The notes below the pieces were generated by a model, which saw only the letters and a list, made by a program, of their open reading frames with translations, searched no databases and had not been told where the DNA came from. Below are positions 14,176 through 25,477 of a stretch of DNA of 64,000 bases, one piece after another. Source of the DNA: Dimorphilus gyrociliatus (Eukaryota > Animalia > Annelida). Each line of letters starts with the position of its first letter. Positions within the stretch are counted from its first letter, which is position 1. The translations under genes were made by a program, and so were the position numbers. The stretch covers positions 3,975,404 to 4,039,403 of the forward strand of contig CAJFCJ010000007.1 in NCBI GenBank assembly GCA_904063045.1, given 5' to 3'.

Positions 14176-15878
14176 ATGTTTAAGAGTAGAAGCGTAAAAA
14201 TTACTAAATCAGCCATTCAAGATAATCATGTGGAGAGTTCATCCGACAAAAAATCGATGAAAAAGAGTCCAAAACCTCTTCTACCTCCTTGCAGAGTTTG
14301 TGGAGACAAAGCTTCTGGTCTCCATTACGGATTGAATACATGCGAAGCCTGCAAAGTGATTAAATTTCTTAAACAATCTTCTACAATAATTGAAAATATT
14401 TTTTATAGAGTTTCTTCAGAAGAGCAATTAATTCAGATTTAACGCCAAAATGCCCTAAAGGAGGTGGATGTAAAATTGTTCAAGGCTCGAAAAGGAACAG
14501 CTGTTCCCATTGTCGTTATAAGAAATGCCTGGACTTGGGCATGTCCAAGGATCAGATACAGGCCGGAAGATACAATGCTTCAAGACGAAAGGAAAATGTT
14601 GAAGAGGTTAAAAGACTGGAAAGAGCTGAAATGGCCAAGAAAGTCGCTGCAGAATCAGTAAAAATTTCAGAGAAAGAAATGGATGAATATATTGATCTAA
14701 TGACCCAAAAATTCAATGAAATAACAGAAGACCGCAAACGATATAATCAATGTCCTTTCCACGCACTCTATCAGATATTCAATTTACCAGACGAAGAACG
14801 ACAAAGATTCGGCTTGGAAGTAATGGTGCCGTTAAAAGATAGAGAATTAAAACGGATAATAGCTTTCGCTAAGACTATACCAGTTTTTCGTGAGTTATCC
14901 TTGAATGATCAAGCTGAATTGATAAAACAGAACCGGGTAGAGTTCCAAATATTACACGCCCCCCCACAACCAGGAGATACTGAAGTGGAATGCGTCTTCT
15001 CTGGTAATGCTATAACTATAGACGCTATTGCAGCAATTCTTCAAAGTAGAGACATAGCAGAAAAGCTTTTCCATCTCTCTACATACCATTCATATGGATT
15101 TAAATACCCTGAAATATTGGGTTGTATATTGGGTGTTTCATGTTTTTCATCTGATCGATGTCATAAACTAGACGATAGACGTAGAGTTGAGAAATGTCAT
15201 GATCTCATGTTGCAAATTTTACAATACTTGTTCAAACGAGAAGACAAGAAGAATGTTTCGAAACTACTAATGAAGACTACAGATTTCTTGTACGAAGCAA
15301 GAATTATTTCTGATCATTTAATTAAGTTGGAACATTCGTTATTGAAGAAATTTCCCGACTTTCCGTGGCCCAATTTACTCAAAGAAGTTTGGTTTAGTGA
15401 TTTGGAAGATCAGCTTGAACGACTGTCACTGAATAATTTGCAAAATCAAATAGAACACTCTAAACCAGATTGTATAAATTCCGTTATCGTTCCTAAGGAA
15501 AGCGCAGTGAAAACTCGAAATATACTTCGAGAAGCAAGGTCACAATTCGAAGGATCATGTAATTCAAATACAGATTCAACCGCAGATTTGGAATCTATTA
15601 AAGATATGGAGTTTGTTGAACTACCTCTCGATGTCCTTGAGAATCTGTTTCGGAAATCGAATGACGCAGGGGAAGAAAAAATTTCGCGAGAACTTTGTGA
15701 CACTATCGAATCATTGACTAATGCAAATCCTTCGTCACCACCGCAGATTCCAGATCTAGACGATTTAATTTCAAGTCCAATATCTCCTTTGCAATTGGAC
15801 ATAATGAAGGATTTAGAAGATATTTTAAACGACGTTACAACTTCTAATTTAGACGATGATTATGTTTCGCACCTATGA
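14176..15878 (+). CDS. Nuclear hormone receptor, divergent NR1-like, with DBD, LBD and a long acidic C-terminal extension
   Basis: Two coding exons. DBD reads [22 protein letters not shown]|[35 protein letters not shown] signature [21 protein letters not shown]. Confidence 0.92.
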
Positions 15879-15986
15879 TTGTTTTTCTTTTTCATAGTGT
15901 CAAATATTTGAATATAACAAAGTAGTTAAGAAGAAATCGATTTATTCAGTTGGATGATTGCCAAATAGTGCGAGTAAGAGAGCTGT

Positions 15987-16047
15987 CACGGCAGTACCGA
16001 AAGAGGTTGTACTGTTCGGTAACAACCAGCTAACAACACTGCCATGC
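15987..16047 (-). ncRNA. mir-34: pre-miR-34 (mature 5p ~16044-16022, UGGCAGUGUUGUUAGCUGGUUGU)
   Basis: The mature sequence differs from recalled protostome miR-34 at one position, and the seed is intact. The 3' arm ACAACC...ACUGCCGUG folds back on it. Confidence 0.93.
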
Positions 16048-16070
16048 CAGCGGCCTCTTCTACATGAAAT

Positions 16071-16128
16071 CGCGTACCAGAAAATGCATTTAACGTCGGC
16101 TCCAAGTTAAAGGCACCGGCTGGCACGT
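16071..16128 (-). ncRNA. mir-277: pre-miR-277 (mature 3p ~16092-16071, UAAAUGCAUUUUCUGGUACGCG)
   Basis: Seed AAAUGCA and UCUGGUACG match the miR-277 family. The 5' arm CGUGCCAG..GUGCCUUUAA pairs with it. Confidence 0.9.
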
Positions 16129-16207
16129 AATACATGCAGACAGTAATTTAGGTGAAAATATTAGTAGAGAAGAGCGATAGGTTTAAGCTGAGTGAGCAGT
16201 AGACGAG

Positions 16208-16267
16208 AGAGATACCACCAGCTGTGTTCACTAGATATTTCTCACAGTGCACACCTCTGGGTATCCC
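16208..16267 (-). ncRNA. mir-317: pre-miR-317 (mature 3p ~16230-16208, UGAACACAGCUGGUGGUAUCUCU)
   Basis: About 20 nt are identical to recalled miR-317, and the sequence forms a hairpin with the 5' arm GGGAUACCCAG...CUGUG. The order 317-277-34 is the canonical protostome cluster order. Confidence 0.93.
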
Positions 16268-17076
16268 ATCCGTTCACCACTTCTTCGCCGAATGACGGCT
16301 TATACGTGGTCTAACAGGCTTTTGGCGCTAGTCCAAAGCCTGTTCTTACATGTGTTTGATCGATACATTTGCATAGATTAAATAGTCAGTAAATACTTTA
16401 TAGACAAAAGACAACAATACTTCTTCCACTTACTCCCAAAAACTGATCTCGTCCAAAAATGTTCATCTAAAAGTTGGTCATCCTCTCCTGAATGTTCGAA
16501 ATTGCTTTTGAAACACGTAACGCGTTCTGATCAAAGGTCAATAGAACGCGCCTACATGCCAAGCATGACCGTACATGCATAACGAAAACAATGAATCGCC
16601 CACAATCGGGCGATAGGAGACAGCAAAAATCGTTGTAGGTTTTTTCTTCTGCCTTGTTCTTCGTTCATTTCCATCAAAGGTTCTCAAACATAGTACAACA
16701 GTTCATAAGCGCTGCGACATTTCTCTCCTTTACATTTCTAACTACCTTTTTCGATCGATAATAGTTTGACACTGAAATGAAAATGTACTGAGTACACAGT
16801 CTTCCGGTGCGAATCATGCCCTCTGGCGGAAATTCACCTTATGGGCGTTCACCTTAGGTCAAACAAACATTCCAATACCGAAGTTTTCAACAATTTCTTA
16901 CTATATAATTTTTTAATTTAAAAAATTTATTAACTTATTGTTTAAAATTTTCTTCAATAAATCGTTCGAAATAGATGACGTTAGTGAAATATCCAAAAAA
17001 TCCGTCCTTGGCCTTTATGCTACGATTCTTTGGTCGGAATGATTATTTAACGTTATATCTTAAATAGTGTTAAATA

Positions 17077-18677
17077 ATGGAAGGGGAGGAAGCGATCGAT
17101 ACATCACAAAAGCTGGATACAGTAGATAGAAGAAATAGAAATTCAAGTTCAACTGGTAAAATAGATTTTTTTTAATTTCAAGTCATGCGTTAACCAATAA
17201 TTAATGTTAAATCACTTATCACAGAATGTATAAAACACTAATTGAAATTATATGTAAGGTTATCAAATGATTGATACATTTAATATGTTTTTAATGTAGA
17301 TGGCTCCAGCCTCAAGCCTTCCGAATCGTTCTCTGGCAACTTTCACCGTTATATCATCTACAGAGGAAGTTCAAACAATGTAAATTCCTAATTTTATTAG
17401 CCTCTCAAGCTCAAGCGACTTCCTATATTTATATCTATATATATATAGACATTTATTAATTTTGCAGCTTGTGCGTCAAGATAGTAATTCAATGGAAATA
17501 GAAGATTTAGGTTTGTTACAAAGAAATTGAAAAAAAAGGCCATAAAAACATGTTAAACCTCTAAACACTGTGTTGTTTTTTTATAGGCGAAAATGAAGAT
17601 CTGGTATTTTCAAAATTTATGAAAGCTCATAAATGCTATGATCTTATTCCGCTTAGCTCAAAATTAGTCGTTTTCGACACATCTTTAAACGTTAAAAAAG
17701 CATTTTTTGCCCTCGTATATAATGGAGTTAGGGCAGCACCTTTATGGGATTCAAGAAAGCAGACGTTTGTTGGCATGTTAACAATAACAGATTTTATTAA
17801 AATACTTAAAATGTATTATAAATCATCGAATTCTCGTATGGAAGAGTTAGAGGAACACAAGATATCTACTTGGCGCGAAGTCTTACAGGAATATGATCGT
17901 CCGCTAGTTAATATTAGTGCAGATGCAAGCCTCTATGAAGCAGTAGAAGCTCTTGTCGTCAATAGAGTAATTATTAAAAGATTAATATAAGCGTAATTTA
18001 TCACCATTATCATTTTGATGAACAGGTACATCGACTTCCCGTTATAGATAGAGCAACTGGTAATGCCCTATACATTTTGACCCATAAGAGAATATTACGA
18101 TTTCTCTTTCTCTTTGTAAGTATTTTGTCTATAGTAATTACTAAATAGATTACAAGGTCAAGTGTATTATATGTAATATTTTGAATAGATATATAATCTA
18201 CCTCAACCTTCTTATATGGAGAAGACAATTGAGGAACTTAAAATTGGCACTTTCGAAAATTTACAAACTGCAACTTCCGAAACACCTTTAATTGACGTTC
18301 TCAACGTATTTGTGGATCACCGAATTTCAGCGTTGCCCATTGTGAATGATAGAGGAGAAGTCATTGATATATACGCAAAGTTCGATGTAATTAACCTTGC
18401 TGCAGAAAAGACATACAATAATTTAGGTATGTCAGTTAAAGAAGCAATGAAAAAAAGACGTGGTGAAGAATCAGGCTTTGAAGGAGTTGTTACTTGTGTG
18501 AAACAGGATTGTCTTCGAGTCATTTTGAATCGTATCGTTGAGGCCGAAGTTCACCGGCTTGTCGTTGTCAATGAACATAAACATGTTGTTGGGGTAATAT
18601 CTTTATCTGACATATTGTCTTTTTTGGTACTGAGAGAACCAGAAGAAAATTATGATGAAATTATGTCAACTATGTAA
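17077..18677 (+). CDS. PRKAG: 5'-AMP-activated protein kinase gamma subunit (four CBS domains)
   Basis: [72 protein letters not shown] and [16 protein letters not shown]. Three short N-terminal exons were spliced by hand. Confidence 0.96.
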
Positions 18678-20135
18678 TTTAAACTGCAGAGTTCTATGTT
18701 TGATGCATCTTATTCAGTTATGCAGAGTAGATGATTTCTAATGGTGAACTTATAGGCCCTTTTCTTTCCCAAAGACATCATTAATCAGCAATTGATTTTA
18801 TATTTATAGATATACGTAAAACTAAATAGAAAAATAACATTTCATACCATATAAATATACATATGCATATGCATATGCATATATATATATATATTCATTG
18901 TTATTTTAAATAAGCAGAAATAGTTGTTTTAGAAAGAATAGAAAGAGTGCGGTTGAAAATTTTCAATTTTTGATAGATTACAAGCAGTGATAATAAATTT
19001 TCAATTGTGCCAATGCTCTACGTTTCTAATCTAACTTGCAAACCTACTAACACAATCACCTTCACTAACTAGCCCATCAGGATTGTTTGGTTTGATAAAG
19101 ATTAGTAACTCAGACAATGTTGTTTATTTCACACAATCCTTTATATTAATAAATACGAACACATCTTACTTTTTCTACAAACGTGGCTCAAAAATGCTTC
19201 TATCTTCGTTGAAATGTGAAAAGAGGAAGAAAATAAATCCATGATCTGTCAAGAGAAGTTGATTAATAGTAATCTAAACAAAGCAGAAACAGCGACGAGA
19301 TTAAGTTAAAAATTTTATGAAATTTATACCTAACACGAATATGTACCATTTCATGGACTCGGTAAGAATATATAAGTATTCAAAAGTTAAAAACTACTCA
19401 AGATTTTATCTTTGGACAAAGTTTCGCTAAAAACTATTTTCTTTGTGATTTTCTCATCAAATTTAGGATAAAAAAGTGAACTTGTAAGATATTTGAAGAA
19501 AATATTTAAGCAATTGTTTTTTTTTTGCATTAAAGCTTACAGTGAAATGTTTTCCAGAATACAAATAGAACAATATGCGATAAGCTAATTATTCTGGTCG
19601 TATCGTGCTTGTTCTCAGACAAACATATTTGTGTTCGCTTTATCATTTATACAAAGTTAATTGTTTAATGGTTTCATTAATATCGCAGGTTATTATTTAA
19701 ATAAGATTGTTATATATTTCTCGCTTACTAAGAATTATTCACCGATCTATCAAAGGAACTTTTACCTCTATTCGACTTTGTTAATGTATAAATTTTATCA
19801 AGATAAAACTATACTCTTAATAATTTACACAAAGGACAGGGAGTCTTGTTATATTTATTTACTGTACTTACAAGATGTAGAGAAGTCTCTACGTAACGCC
19901 CACCTGTAAAGAATGTTATCAAAAGCGTTACCTTTACATTAAGAATTTAAAAATCAAATTTATAACTGGGAAGAATAATTTGTCAGTTTTCTTACAAGAA
20001 TAAGTTTAAGATCAATGTGAAAATCCTTTATGGTGTAATATATCTTGGTCCTTTTCGATTTTAATTTGGTGTATAATAGACAGATTTTGATCGAAATTCT
20101 CCGCTGAATCTTTTAATCATTGATATTTTATTATT

Positions 20136-23100
20136 TTATTTGGGATAGATTAATTTCTTACCTGCAATAGATTGTAATTTTGGAAATTTAATTATGACTA
20201 TTAATTGACTTCAAAAAATATACAAGTACAATACCTTCAATGCTTTCTATACTGGAGGATTGAGATGACGTTCTGTAAATTTAAATACGATAAGAGTCAA
20301 TAATAAAAACATACAATTTATATATGTATAATTCTGATAACAAGAATCAATAGTGAACCTGTTATAAATGCGTTTAGCTATTTGGGCAGCGTGATCCGGA
20401 TAAATATCTGTAAAACAAATAGTATGCTATTCTCTTTTCAAAATTATTGAAGAACAACCCTCTGATGATGAATTCCATATGTCACTGTCTCTACTCTTGT
20501 TGTTATTTTCGTCACTTGCTTCGGATGGACTCCCAAGAGATTTTGTTCTCTGCTGATGTTCATCTGTCAGTGGTTACAAAAAGTATTGATATAAAATAGA
20601 ATACAGTTTTACATAAGCTTACCAGAAGATTCTTCGTCGTCACTACTATCTTCAATAATAATCAGATCTTCTGGGATAGTAGAGTTTTGAAACGAAGTCT
20701 CCGTGGTGTTGTATTGAAAAGATTCCACTTCGGCTACTGACTCTTCACTCGCATATTCGGACACAATCCTACAATCATCGCTGTTATATTCTTCTTCTTC
20801 AGTTTCTACTCTTTCATTGTCAGACGTCTCTTCTGTTTTTATATTCAATTCTTTTTGTGCTTTCTCATTATCGCTTTGATTCGCTAAGTCTTCGTTTTGT
20901 TCTTTTTTTTCCAGTGTCGTCACTTCCTCAGGTGTTATCTTTTGGACAACTGGAGTTGCATCATCGGATTCTTCTGAATTGGACGTGGATTTTCTAGGTG
21001 ATCGTTGAGGATTGTTTCGTAATTTTTTCCTATGAAACTTTTTCAGTTACGAGAATAAAATGTTCAAAAATAAATTAACCAACTTAATGCTGGAGGTTTC
21101 TGTAGTGTTGGCTCTTTTGCGTTTATGAGATGCTTTAGAACTACAATGTATAAAAGCATACTGCAAATAAAACGTGAAATGGTATAAAAATTTTAACCAA
21201 CCGTTTCGATGCTGCCAACAATTCAGCTGTAATTTAAGATGCATAAAAGGTCTTTGTATATATTTGAATCATTAAAATATTGAATTTAAAACAGAGGCAA
21301 ATGACTACAAAAGTTGAAATTTAGATTTTTATTATATTACCTTTACTTTCTTGAGAACCTAGTGTAGCCCGATAAAAGTTGATATCTCTTCGAGTGTCTT
21401 TGGAAAATTCTTGGCCTCTCAATTCTTTGAGCTGTTAAAAGTTATAAATTAAAGCTAACATTAGCTAACATTATCAAAAGTTTTTTTATAACTACTTGAT
21501 TATCGAAAAATCTTAGTATTTTATCTCTATCTCGTCTTGCGACCTTAAAGCTCCATTCACAAAGAACTTTGAGAAACTCTAAATTATCTCCAGATTTGTA
21601 TCGAACACTGAAAACGATACCATCTTTATGCAAAATGAACATAGATTCTCGATTTGCCTCAGATCGAGATCCGAATTGAAGTGCTAATTCTTTTGACAAC
21701 TGCTTTAGCTCTTTCAACTTAAGCTTCTTTGATTCAAATATCATTGCCAAGCTATAGAGAACAGTCTTTAAAAACGCTGAGCGAGAAGTATTACGACACC
21801 AGTAGAAGAACTGTTTAATGAGGGTCTGAAGGACAATAAATTTATTCCAATATAAGAATAAAAAATGACCGGCTTGCATTGGAATTCTTCTGCTCATGAC
21901 AACTTGCAGATAAGCCTGCAAGATTCTTAGTTTGCCTTCTAAGTTAGTTTCGCTATCATCATTAAATACACGCTTTACCACGAAGCTTTCTAATTTAGAC
22001 GAAGCAATTCCAGCAACTGTGTTACAACTAAGTATGAAGGAGTTGTTGTCTCGAAACAAGAGTTTATAGCATTCAAGATTTTTAAGTTCTTTCTTGAATG
22101 ATGTCATAAAAAAAATAATACACTCAAATGCAGCATCCTCTGTTTCTTTGTTGACGCCTGTTATTTTCAAGGCTGACATTAGTGTTTTCATCTGCAAATT
22201 TTCGAGATAAGGTAAATCCTCTACGTGAGACTTAAGAACTTGACGTTGAACAAAGTAGACAATTGCGACCAAAGTCTCTGCGTAAAATGCCTCTGAATTT
22301 TTTAGAGTAGTAAAAGTCAAAACTTTCGGTAAATCTCTAAAGAATTCATCATAACTGCTTAAATCATGATATTTTAATATCATGCGCAACTTTCTCATAG
22401 GTATCCAAAGCAAATTTACTCTTTCTGGTGACAACCGATCTTCAAGATACAACTTTAAAGAGTGTTCCAATTCCGCTATTAAACTATCGAAAAACATTCC
22501 ACCCAAGTTCTTTGCAACATGATTCAATAGATAGTCATCCTGCATAAGATATACCATTGTCTTTGACATTTCTTCTAAAAAGTTAATACTTGAATGGTTG
22601 TCAAACAATTTCGTCAATTCTTTCATTATATTCGATAATGATACTTCTGCGTTCAACCTGACAAACATTGCTTTGTCTAAGAGACGTATTAAACGAACAA
22701 TAAGCTGACACTTCTCAATATCGTGACTGAAAGTTGTTAATAAATTGAAAATTCGGGGAACAAAACATTCTGCTAGATCTTCTTTTTGCGCATTCTTCGC
22801 TTGTAGGTCTTTTTTTGTCATCTTAACGATTCGAGGAGGTAATCGCACTAAAGTCGTCTGTAGTTCGTACGAAGCATAGAAGAAATGGCATAAATATAAT
22901 TCAACATCACTTGACTGCTCATTGCTGATTAAAATGTTATAAAGCAATTCTAGATCCTTAAAGATGTCTGATACACTATTTAAACTATCAGTGATCAAAG
23001 AAATAAATTGATCGCATCTTTTCAAATTTCCACGTTTTAGTAGATTAATAAACGCTAGGGCTACTTTTACTCTAGAATCATTTTCACTTGTCAATCTTTC

Positions 23101-24261
23101 AATAAGATATTTCGCTGAATTCATGGCAGCTTCTCGATGTCCTGTAAGATTTGGTAAGAATATATCAGTCAATTCCTCTTCCGTAACAATATAGTCATGA
23201 GGCTCCTTGTAAAAATGAAGATGGCTTATAATCTTGTGGGCAGCGCTCATCATCGCAACGTCTGGGCTAATACAAGCTTGGCAAAAGATCTTGTGAAAAA
23301 CTCGAGATGTGAAACCCTTCAATCTCTCTAAAATATCTGGATTTTCTTCTATAAGGGAATATATTGGAACTAAAGAAACGATAGCTTGACTCCGAGCATT
23401 GGGTGAGTCCACATCATGTAAAACTCGATGAAAATATCTTAAATTCAGGTCGACGAGAAATTCTTCAGGATCTATGAACAACCAGCAACCCAACTCTTCC
23501 ATAGTCAAGCATTGAACATCATTTATTTCATGAAGATATCCAATTGGAACCAATTTGCATAATTTCTCCTTAAGCTTAGATACATAATTTATTTTCTCGT
23601 CTATTTCATCAAGAGTTTGTTCATCGGGTTTATCTTGATTGTGAATTCTTTTCAGATCATCTTTAAGTTTCCTGTGAACTTCTACAACAACTGTATTCAT
23701 CTTCAAACCGAAGAATATACCAGTGTGAAAAAAACACTTGTAATATTTTCCATCTACAGATGATATCATACCAAATATCAGTTCTATTAGTTTGTCTATT
23801 AAGGTTCCTTTATATAGAAATGTGTGTTGTCCCATATCAAATAACACACGGATAAAACCTGAGAGATTGGAACGAAAATTTTTCCATAGTGACTTGGTAT
23901 TTTTTCTTGACAATGGATATTCTTCAAAATTCTCTTCATCGAGCTTCGCAAATCCCTGTTCTGCACATTTATCTAATAAATCGATCATGTCCACCTCTAA
24001 AATATTTTCAGGTTGGGCTGCATCTATGGGAGAGCCAGCTGACGAGAAACAAAGTCTCAATAACTGATGCAAAGCTGACGTTTCATCATTTTTGCACAGG
24101 TTCAGCCAGTCATCTACTAGGCTTTCCGTCGAAACCTTTCCTTCTTTAATAAGCATAAATAAATCTTTACTCCTGACTGGTTCAACTTGTTTAATTGGAC
24201 TCTCAATATCTGAGCGATTTTTCATGGCTTTCCACATAGATTTGGCTTTTAACTTTGCCAT
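20136..24261 (-). CDS. Divergent cohesin subunit SA/stromalin (STAG-like) with acidic low-complexity C-terminus
   Basis: LVDDWLNLCKNDETSALHQLLRLCFSSAG, YPL..WKNFRSNL and SCD-like MEELGCWL..PEEFLVDLNLRYFHRVLHD align to STAG1/2. One 2773-nt exon (24268-21496) is followed by small exons, with stop at 20136. Confidence 0.8.
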
Positions 24262-24568
24262 ATTTTGGCTGGAAAAAGATTATTTTTAAAAGAAAATATC
24301 TCACAAAATCTAAAGCCTAGTAAATTTTAACTGAAATAAACTTTCAAGAAAGATTAATAAAAAGATATTCTTGGAAGTTTAGATTAGATATGAAGAACTG
24401 AAAGCCATTACGCAAAGTCAACATTTCAAGTATACCAGCTTGAAAATTAAGTTATTTTAACTTACAAGTTTAATTAAATAACTACCGAAATTTTCACTTG
24501 GACAAACTGGACAAACTTTTGTTCACTTTCTAAAAGTTCCGAGAAATATAGCAGTAGCGTGGAAAGTG

Positions 24569-24580
24569 TTTGGCGGGAAA
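24569..24580 (-). promoter_or_regulatory. E2F consensus site upstream of the stromalin-like gene
   Basis: TTTCCCGCCAAA, with a TGACGT half-CRE about 10 bp away. This is consistent with a cell-cycle or germline promoter. Confidence 0.55.
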
Positions 24581-25477
24581 TATTGAAGTGACGTATTAAA
24601 ATTTTTAATTTCGTAAATTTTGATCTATTAATTTAAAATTAATGATAACATTTTTAATCTTTTCCCATAGAACTAGGTTTTTTATGAAGAAAGCAAAAAT
24701 CAATTTTTAGACAAATGCGAATCTTTCAGAAGTGTTATACAATCGAGTTTCCGAGCATGCGATGTCCATAACTGATTTTCGCTCAGTAAACATTCGGAAG
24801 CTGAAAAACCCGCAATAGATCCTGTTGGTTCATTTATTTTTTCTGCTTCGAGATAACTTATCACCTACATATTATAAAGGGTAAAAATTTTATATATATA
24901 TTCTCTGTTTTTTCGAATTTGATGCAAATTTTATAAAGAGCTATCTTCGTCGATTTACTTTTGCTTACAATGATAAGACCTTTTAGACTTAAAAGCAAAA
25001 CGCAGCTGATATTATCGGACTCATGTAAAAAACAGTTGAACATAGATTAATTTATATACACGTAAAAAACTAATCGTTTGAAATTTTTTGTGCAAATCTA
25101 GGCCTAATGCATTTCTCTGTGGCGGTGCCCATGAAAAATCTTTTATTTGTCCAAATGAACTTGATGAGACAACGTTTTAGTTATCTACTGGATTTTTGAC
25201 GTAAGACGCTCATCCAATAAATCGATAAAAATCTAATAATCAGATCTAGTGCAAGCTTATTGAAAGAATACTTTAGTCGCACATATCTTAGCTCTGCAAG
25301 CACCTTAAAAGAATATAGAGTTTAGATTTTAAATAAAGAATATATTTTTATAATATTCATTAGATCCAATAATTACTCATATAGCTTCAAAGTGTGATAT
25401 GCATCCCACTATAAGAAATTTAAAGGAAATTCATTAAGGAAAGGATATTATTTACTCTGGTTAATTCGCTTTCTATC

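Noticed and set aside
15986-16135. 49-codon minus-strand sORF (MYYVPAGAF...)
   Set aside because: It overlaps the miR-277 and miR-34 hairpins, which explain the GC content and lack of stops.
16710-16720. GCTGCGACAT resembling the 7SK 5' stem; telomerase RNA was also considered for this interval
   Set aside because: The GAUC-containing partner strands of 7SK are absent, and no CTAACCC-type template is present on either strand.
19630-19636. miR-317 seed match (TGTGTTC) downstream of AMPK-gamma
   Set aside because: It lies ~950 nt past the stop and beyond earlier AATAAA signals (~18993, ~19149); a single 7-mer is expected by chance.
25370-25430. ATATCCTTT U12-like donor and in-frame TGA (selenocysteine idea) on the minus strand
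   Set aside because: No coherent reading frame, U12 branch site, SECIS element or selenoprotein similarity was found.
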